From Octopus sinensis (lineage: Eukaryota), in contig NC_042997.1 in assembly GCF_006345805.1 (NCBI RefSeq), positions 2,790,001 through 2,854,000 on the forward strand: a stretch of DNA of 64,000 bases, read 5' to 3'. How positions within the stretch are numbered: the first letter of the stretch is position 1; each line of letters begins with the position of its first letter. Positions 55,786 through 64,000 of the stretch are shown here, one piece after another. The translations under genes were made by a program, and so were the position numbers. The notes under the pieces were generated by a model, which ran no database searches, was not told the origin of the DNA, and saw nothing but the letters and a program-made list of their open reading frames with translations.

Positions 55786-55862
55786 TTGATTTTTGCAGTG
55801 TTGAATACTTGAAAGCATTGTTTCGAAATTGTCAGATGATACAGACATAGACTTGTACCAAT

Positions 55863-56219
55863 ACTCTCTTTTACTCACTTTTATTTGTTTCAGTCATTTG
55901 ACTCCGGCCATGCTGTAGCACCACCTTTAGTCGAGCAAATCGACCCCAGAACTTTTTGTAATCCTAGCACTTATTCTAGCAGTCTTTTTGCCGAACCGCT
56001 AAGTTACGGCGACGTAAACACACCATTTTCGGTTGTCAAGCGATTTTGGCGGGACAAATACAGGTACACAAATCATATACACGCAAGTACATATATATAT
56101 ACATATATACAGTTTCCGTCTACCAAAGCCACTCACAGAGTGCCACGCAGTGGAACTGAACCCGCAACCATGTCGCTGGTAAGCAAGCTACTTACCATGC
56201 AGTCTCTCTCGCGCCTATA
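55863..56219 (-). mobile_element. SINE family B copy with internal deletion
   Basis: Reverse complement of the 59415-59813 element; lacks the segment between CCACTCACA and GTGCCACGCAG. Confidence 0.88.
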
Positions 56220-56268
56220 TATCAATAAATTAACATTGTTTTTTTTTCACCGTTGTTACTATCATGTG

Positions 56269-56612
56269 AAATGGAGCATTCAAATAGCGATATTCGTGCA
56301 ATTCTGCTTTTCAACTACAAAAAAGAACGTAAGTCAGCTGAAAATTCACGCGATACCAACGAAACGTCTGGTGAGGAAATGACGAGTGAGTTGTCGGCTG
56401 TAAAATGGTTTAAAGAATTTCGCAATGGAGATCTGAGCCTTGAAGATCGTGAGCGCAGTGGACGCACATCTATTATTGACGACGGTGAATTAAAAAATCC
56501 GTCATTGAGAAAGATCCACTTAAATCCACTCGACAACTGACAAAAGGACTTCACGTTAGCCAGAAAAATACCTGCAATCATTTGCATGTGATCTGAAAAT
56601 CTAAAAAGCTCA
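56269..56612 (+). mobile_element. Mariner transposase N-terminal (HTH) remnant
   Basis: MEHSNSDIRAILLFNYKKERKSAENSRDTNETSGEEMTSELSAVKWFKEFRNGDLSLEDRERSGRTSIIDDGELK matches mariner WF..FR.GD.SLED..RSGRP. Confidence 0.88.
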
Positions 56613-56616
56613 ACAT

Positions 56617-56730
56617 CCGTCTTTACGTCCATCCGTCTTTACATCCATTCGTCTTTACGTTCTGAGTTCAAACTCCAGCAAGGTCGACTTAACTAACATT
56701 AAGTTAGGGTCGATAAAATAACTCTCAGTC
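56617..56730 (+). mobile_element. SINE family A fragment with triplicated 16-nt unit
   Basis: (C/T)CGTCTTTAC occurs three times before GTTCTGAGTTCAAACTCC...GGTCGAC...GGGTCGATAAAATAA. Confidence 0.7.
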
Positions 56731-58137
56731 ATGTAAAAGACTCGATAAAATCAACTACTTCCTCTCCAAATTTCAGTTATATATATGTGTGTGTCTGCAT
56801 GCTTGTCTACACGTGTTTGTATATGTAGACACACCTGTATATACATGCAGGTGCATGTATGTGTGTATTGAAATATATGCGTACTTTAAAAAACACATAT
56901 GCATTCGTGCAATCATGCGTAAGTTCGTACATACCTACATGCATGCTTAAAATCGAGGACTTTGTCTCTTCAAACAAATCTGCCAAGTGCTGCAACTTAC
57001 CTCAATTTCGTTTTACTGAGCGATATTTTTAGAAAAAAAATAACGACATTGTTTAGTATATATTGATCGTTAAACATTTTGTGCAATATGAACGAACATG
57101 TTAGTAATACCACTTTCTTTAACATTTGTAAATATAATAGCACGTATAGATAATCTTTCATTTTACTTCTGTTTTAACGATTTGCTTTTGATTTGTTTCA
57201 ATTCTTATATCTAAGAATTTACTTCGTTTTAGCTCATCGGAAGTTATTTCCGTTTGAGTATCTAGAAATTTAGTTACACCTAACCGATTTTTGAAGGAGA
57301 AATGTATATTTTAAATATATTTTTTTGTTCTATCTAACTATTTCGTCACTATTTTTATAGTGATATTTTAATATTTTATTACATGTATATTATTAAAGAT
57401 TTTATTTCGGATATAATTGCACTACCATCTTAGGTGTCACACAAAATATCGATTACGAGATGGATCGACGTCTATACATTACACAATTACATGAAAGTAT
57501 TCAATCACAGAAACTAGACCACCCGGAATAAATTCATTGAGATATTTAGTTACTACTCGTTCGTTTTGAGTAGTAACTACAATCTATCAATTTCACTCAC
57601 AAAATATTGCTTAGCTCAAGTCTTCAGATGTACCTATCACTATTTCTCCTCTCTTTCTCCCTCTTTTCCTTCTTTCAACTTCTCTCTCTCTCTCTCTATC
57701 TTCGTCTCTCATCTCTCTTCCCTCTTTCCCCCCTTCTCTATCGCTCTCTCTATATAATCGTGTGTGTATGTGTGCGTGTATCTATACACGTGTGTATATG
57801 TATTTCTGCCTTGTGTAAGACTAAAATGCATCCGATGGTGGGGTCCTGGTACGAGAGTTCTGGGTCTTTGAGAAGTGTGAAACCACCTATTTGTCACTTT
57901 TGATCCCAACTCTACTCTAACCCGGATTAGTAGCCCCAGTTAGAGTCCCAGTTTTCGGTTCACAAGAATATGATCCGTTGGGACTAAAGGATCCCTTGTT
58001 CTCGCTGCAAATTCTTAGACAGAACTTCCTGGAAATCTTCCTGTCACTCCTGCCAAGTGGTGTCGATTGAGAGGACGCAGCTTGAGGAAATCCCATCTAC
58101 ATTATACACACACACCCACATACATACATACACACAC

Positions 58138-58175
<38 letters not shown>

Positions 58176-58957
58176 ATATATATATATATATATTATATAT
58201 ATTATATATATATATAGCAATATCTTTGACGCTCCCCATAGCAGTTTTTTTGATCGAGTCGATTTCTAACTGGAGAGAATTTTATTTGCGAAGGAATCAA
58301 GTACATTTCTCTTTGTCTGTCACTTCACTAAGGCTCTGTGGTTTATATAAGTCTAAATAAAACGTTATTGAATCAAATGTTATTTTGTTGCCTCTGATCA
58401 ACCCCAATACAACCGATATCCTTTTGAACAAAGGCCATTCGAGGCATGACTGTGTATGCCTTTCGTAGAAAATAGCTTACTTACAATAATATTTACTCTG
58501 TCGTTATATAAAACCTAGGGCATTATTTCAGGTAGGTTTGCGCGCTGATATTCGATATTGTTGCTGAAGTAGGAGGTAAAGCAAACGATAAATTGACTTA
58601 GGTTGTGAGTGAATGTGCTTCAGCAAAAATAGCATGATAATTCACTGGTAGGTATAGGGATCCGATCGAAGACAGGGGAGTAAACAACGCGTGCTTAGAG
58701 AAAAAGAGAGGAAGAAACTGAAAGTCTATGATCGGCAAATTTCGATAAATTTCCTCTAGATACATTGCAATATAATGCAATAGAAATTGCAGATACATAC
58801 GAATTTATTCATTGGCTACACGAAGTTGTGTTGCCTTACATGAATTTATTAATAAACATGTTATTTATTAATGGTTTATTTTGTGTCATAATTTTTAAGA
58901 GCGCGCAGGCCAAAACTATGCGCCCTTCCCCTCCATTGTTCAGTTGAGGCTTAGATT

Positions 58958-59191
58958 CTGTCACGTGACAGTTAGTTGGCGCTGGTTGCTGGAGCCTACC
59001 GACGAGTATTTAATTTAGAAGAGTGGTTCCCCCGCTGACATTCGTTCACGTTGCATCGAACAAACCAAGTACAAACGGCCAAAGAAAAAAAGAAATGAAA
59101 GGGGCCGCCACGTCAAAAATAGTAGAGGAGTAGGGACTGAAACCGGATGTGGTTCCTCCTGATGGCATCCTTAGCCACTGGATCCTATAAA
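58958..59191. promoter_or_regulatory. Putative cis-regulatory motif cluster (palindromic E-box, CRE/UPRE-like, ETS, TATA-like)
   Basis: CTGTCACGTGACAG 58958-58971, CCACGTCA 59108-59115, ACCGGATGT 59142-59150 and TATAAA 59186-59191 in a CpG-rich non-repeat patch. Confidence 0.3.
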
Positions 59192-59414
59192 GGAGCTGTT
59201 GAGGTAGCGATCCACGAATCGTGGTTGCAAAACCCTTGGAAAATAATTCCATCGCTAATTCGTAAATTTATTTTCTGTTTACGTCTTCTCGAACACAATA
59301 AAACACTCACATCAGATTTTCAATATCTGTTAAATTGAAATTATTGGAAGTGAAATTATATAATACAAGAGGCAATTTTGATATATATCAATTAGAAAAT
59401 AAAACATTATTTTC

Positions 59415-59813
59415 GGCGCAGGAGTGGTTGTGTGGTAAGTAGCTTGCTAACCAACTACATGGTTCCGGGTTCAGTTCCACTGCGTGGCATCTTGGGCAAG
59501 TGTCTTCTTCTATAGCCTCGGGCCGACCAATGCCTTGTGAGTGGATTTGGTAGACGGAAACTGAAAGAAGCCTGTCGTATATATGTATATATATATGTAT
59601 GTGTGTGTGTGTTTGTGTGTCTGTGTTTGTCCCCCTAGCATTGCTTGACAACCGATGCTGGTGTGTTTGCGTCCCCGTCACTTAGCGGTTCGGCGAAAGA
59701 GACCGATAGAATGAGTACTGGGCTTACAAAGAATGAGTCCCGGGGTCGAGTTGCTCGACTAGAGGTGGTGCTCCAGCATGGCCGCAGTCAAATGACTGAA
59801 ACAAGTAAAAGAG
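59415..59813 (+). mobile_element. Full-length tRNA-derived SINE family B (CORE-like, internal microsatellite)
   Basis: Head GGCGCAGGAGTGGTTGTGTGGTAAG, B-box-like GGGTTCAGTTCC, CORE-like CATCTTGGGCAAGTGTCTT, internal (AT)/(GT) tract, tail GGTGGTGCTCCAGCATGGCCGCAGTCAAATGACTGAAACAAGTAAAAGAG. Confidence 0.9.
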
Positions 59814-60005
59814 TATTATGACTGAAAGTAAAGAGGTGCTGTATTTAAATTGAATGTCTTACATGATGGAACAGATTGATAATCAAAAAAACTTCCATTG
59901 GAAAACTATCTGACGTATTTTCATTATTGAAATGCTTTATTTCTTTTTCAGAATAGGATAAAGTGCATTTTAAATAATCACTGAGATGTACAATATTAGT
60001 TCAAT

Positions 60006-60215
60006 ATGGGGCGAGCTGGCAAAATCGCTAGCTGGCTGGGGGTAATGCTTAACGACATTTCGCCCGTCTAAACGCCCGTGTCCAAATTCTGCCAAGATCG
60101 GCTTTTTCTTCCAGACTTTCGAGATCGATATATTAAGTACTAGCTGAGCATTGGGTTCCATCTAATTGATTTAGCACCCCTTCATTGAAATTGCTGGCCT
60201 TGTGCAGGCTTTGAT
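60006..60215 (+). mobile_element. SINE family A, near full length, old
   Basis: GGGGCGAGCTGGCAAAATCGCTAGC...TCCAAATTCTGCCAAGATCG...GATCGATATATTAAGTACTAG. Confidence 0.78.
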
Positions 60216-61589
60216 GCCAGTATTCAAGTGGGGAATTAATGTTTTTAAACATTATGAGTGGAAAATATTTCATGAATAAGAAAACTGCTACAGAAACTAT
60301 TGGTGTATTTATTTCCTATCAACAACAATTTTGATATTCATCCGAAAGCTTTCGATAATATTATTTCCATTAAATTGTTTCTCTTGTTTTCAATCAGTCC
60401 CCCGACCCTTTTCAGAAGCAAAACTTAATTTTTTCCAATGTGATATACAAGAATTAGTATACTATGATAATATCAGCTATTTTGTACAATATATTTATTT
60501 AAGTTTCATTGTAACAGAAAAATTAGCTGCCTCTGCGATTACACGTTTATAATCCGGATACAATCGGTCAACTGTTGAAACCGAATGACAAGATGAAAAT
60601 GCATATTAGATAGTCTTTCTTTCGGGGTTCGCATCCTATTTGCAATGAACTTAATCATATTATTTCATAATTGATATCTTGTCTATATGATGTAATCATG
60701 TAAAATTGAAAATCACACGATATACACATTAGACTGTGTCCGCGTTTAGGTTGGCAAGCAAATGAAATATTTGACATACATTTGATAGGAATAAACTTTA
60801 TTTGGCGAAAGATAACGACCCTAAAATAGTCATTGATATTCATGCAAAGCAATTTAGATATTTACATTGGCGGGTGGACAGGTGATTATAATCATTGGGA
60901 TACTGCCATCAGTCTTAATACTCCCAGATACCTATATTAATATATTCACCTAGGAATATTCGAATATGAGAAAATCAGAATGACGCATCTATTTCCCATA
61001 TGTAAAAATATTCGATTTGATATTTTTTAGAATATGTTACTTATTTGCTTTCACATCTAAACATTATATTTAGGAATTTTCATTAACGTAGTAGTCAGTG
61101 TGTTGTGTTAATTCCCTTTAAGTATAGTACGGATGCGGAAAAAATACTGGCGGTCGATAATATTACAATTCACAGTATGAAAATAGAGTTTACGACTATA
61201 ATAAAATCGTTTTAGCCATTAAACTTTTCAAAAGAGACAATACCTTATGCTTTTCTTTTCAGTTGATATAAAGAATAACGTAAATTACAAGTATCAGCAA
61301 ACAATATTTTGTAACATACTTCGCCTTACGCATATGTGGCTTCAATATACAGAGATATATACACATATATGAACACACTCAGATTACATACATATAGTAA
61401 GACATATATTCATACGTTTCGGCCACTGTTAGCCCAGGTTATGTCTAACATAATAGCATCGTCTAGCGAAGTAATTCAAATCAGGAATCGTACAATATGG
61501 CCCACTAGAGTGGAAAGTTATTGTTTCTGGAGACATACCCGTGTGTACGAGGTTTATCCGCGATTTCTTGAAGGACGTTTTCCAATGAC

Positions 61590-63666
61590 TTCTTGAAATT
61601 TATGGGGTCTGTTTCTGATTTAATGTGTTTTGGTGTAATATTAAAGATAGAGGGGTCAATTGAGGTAAAATAATTGTGCCTTGTTTTTCTTATGTGCTGC
61701 TAGTATGATTTATGTTGTGGGAGGATAGCACGAGGCCCAAGCCCTGGGTGTATTTTGAAGGCGATGGCAACATCATCTGGTCAATACTGATGGGATATTT
61801 TCCACATCATGCAAATGAGGTAGCAATCACAGCAGCGTTGTAGAGAATAAAGCATCAGCTTTTCTAGTTAACCCCAATAAATCAAGACCTGTCATGCCAT
61901 CTATCTTTTTTTGTAATTGACCATTGAAAATATTCAACTTTCATAATACTTCTTTTCATGTTAGGAGACTACATTGGACAGCAGTATTCAAGGTGGGATA
62001 GGGTAAAAGTAGAGAAGAGAACGATAATGGTTTGGATATCACTCTACTAGAAAGTTCTGAGAATCCAGAAACACGTTCTGCAGACCATATCAACTTTGCT
62101 GTGTAAATGAGCGGCCCAGATTATGTTGCTATCCACAAGTACTCTCAAGTGTCTGATGTTGTTCGATGCCATAACAGTTTCAAGTGAAGGATGGGTGTAT
62201 AGACGTTTCGGAGTATGCATTTTTCTTCGTTCAGCAGCATATTTTTCTTTTTTTGTCAAAATGATGACAGCCAGAAGATCTCACTGAAGACATGTTTGGT
62301 CACCTACTAGATTGATGACTTTCTGGATCTTGGAATCATCTGAAAAGATTCTTATGTTGCTGTGCTTGATGACGTTAGCAATGCATTGATGTAGATGATG
62401 AACAGAAGTGGCCACAATAGAGTACCTTGAGGAACACCACTCCTGACTTTAGTTGGGCTTGATATTTCTCATTCGATTACAACGAGTTGTTTTCTGTCTA
62501 TCAGGAAACACTTGATTCATTGTAGTAACTTTTCAGAGGCACCAATGTTGGGTAGTTTGTTTTCAACAAGAGAATCTTATGATCAACCATATCAAAGGTC
62601 TTGCTGAAATCTAGGTTCATGACATCGATGTTGGAGCCTCTCCGAAAACTCTCAAAATGTCGCCAAAGTGTTGCAGGAGCTGCGTTAGGCTGTTCCTTCA
62701 ATTACGGAACCTATGCTTTTTGGGGTTCTGCAGTTTGCTGCATTGAAGAAGGTTGGTTATTTGTGATCTGACCTGCCTCTCAAATACCTTGATGATATGA
62801 GAGATGAGTCAGATCAGACGGTTGTTCAATGCAAGGGACTTGTTTCTCTTTCTATTCTCTGGAACAGAAAGTTTTCAGGAATATAGCCAGCGTCCGGTGA
62901 GTTCCTCCACAGATTAGCAAGAGGAGATGCAAGTTGGTGTCGACTCACCACCAGAGCACAAGCAGAGAACCCTATCAAGACCTACTGATGAATTGTGTTT
63001 AATTTCGTTTATTGCTGCTAAGATATCAGGGGCGCCAAATGTTATGTCCTATATAGTGTGCTGAGAACTATCATCAGTGATACAGTCCATATCGGCCATA
63101 TCAGGTTTGATGTAAGCAGAGCAATACTGTTACTGCAGTATCTCACTTATGGTTTTGATATTATCTTGAAGAGTGCCATTTTCATCAATTATAAGGCCAA
63201 AAGTGGAGACAGTGACCTAGTGTTTTTTCGCAAAAGTTGACTTTGGTTATTGATGATGGTCTTCATGTATTATTGAAGGTTGTATTTTTTGGATTCGAGC
63301 AGAGCGATAGCCGTCGAATATGTGTGTGGTTGTTGGCAGTGTTGGTAATGTTTTGGTTTGTTCTTTATAATTTTCTGATAATATCTTTTCTGTTTTGGGG
63401 ATTCTAGACTTAGTTTACTTCACAGGTCTTGGTATGGTGCGTTTTGCACATATGTTTCTGACAGTATCTTCAAAGACCTGCCAAGATATTTTGATGCTGG
63501 AGGAAGTGTGTGCGCGTGTGAAAGACCAGTCAACATATGCATACTCGTACGTAATTGTGTCCCAGTCGGCATCATAGACATTCATGTTATCAAATAGGTG
63601 AGCTGGAGATAAGTCACTAGGGTTAGCTTCTTGCGTGTGGAATCTTAGTTTATAGAGAAACATGTC
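61590..63666 (-). mobile_element. CR1-like LINE ORF2 remnant (APE-RT linker, RT, C-terminus), ~2.1 kb
   Basis: DADWDTI...VDW linker; GSNIDVMNLDFSKTFDMVDHKILL; GVPQGTLLWPLLFIIYIN; NIRIFSDDSK; CFWILRTF; LEYCCP; KLMLYSLQR. Many stops and frameshifts. Confidence 0.9.
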
Positions 63667-64000
63667 ATGGTCATCCCACAAATAATGCAGTTTTTATACT
63701 TCTATTATTCTTCAAACATAACAGAGGCAAAGTGCTTTTTTAATCCTTCATTTTCTACAATGCTCTTCCATCTATCTGGTAGAATTGCATGGCCCCTCTT
63801 CTACAATTCACTTGTCCATGACGAAAAATACTCGTCCACTACTGTTCTGACCTTATATACAAAATTCGTAATTTAGCCGTCCAAATGATTTTGAAGACAG
63901 CGGAATAAATAATAATCAGTTGGAGCAATGTCCAGCGAATATGGTGGGTGGGGTATCGCTTCCCATTCAAATTGGTCTAGCCTTTCGAATGACATCCTCG
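63667..64000 (-). mobile_element. Mariner 3' end with TIR, running off the window
   Basis: LDQFEWEAIPHPPYSLDIAPTDYYLFRCLQNHLDG (YSPDLAPSDY motif), then KRGHAILPDRWKSIVENEG; TIR-like TGGTCATCCCACAAATAATGCAGTTTTT at 63667-63695. Confidence 0.9.

Noticed and set aside
61545-61570. TACGAGGTTTATCCG resembling a mariner TIR start
   Set aside because: No matching second TIR or transposase sequence nearby.

Overview
AT-rich eukaryotic genomic DNA, dense in microsatellites and decayed transposable elements. The tRNA-derived SINE families resemble those I know from octopus genomes, so a coleoid cephalopod source is likely (inference). I found no host protein-coding exon, tRNA, rRNA or snRNA gene that I can support, so the window is probably intergenic or inside a large intron. 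Most ORFs in the supplied track are translated (AT)n/(CA)n/(TAA)n repeats or dead TE fragments. DNA transposons: five mariner remnants (one near full length with both TIRs), one Tc1-like and one Tigger/pogo fragment, a Helentron-type non-autonomous element, a hairpin MITE and an ~850-bp foldback. Retroelements: three CR1-like LINE pieces, two R4/Dong-like LINE pieces, Penelope-like 3' ends with degenerate hammerhead-ribozyme cores, and many SINEs from three families. The best leads are TE biology, not a new gene system: (1) an R4/Dong element inside a long (TAA)n tract, consistent with microsatellite targeting; (2) a 3' tail shared by a CR1-like LINE and a SINE family; (3) hammerhead remnants, including an atypical variant present twice; (4) a SINE concatemer with identical junctions; (5) long inverted repeats that could form dsRNA; (6) two promoter-like motif clusters with no identified gene. 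I cannot claim a novel biological system from this sequence alone. All family names come from motif recognition by eye and need Dfam/Repbase/HMM confirmation.
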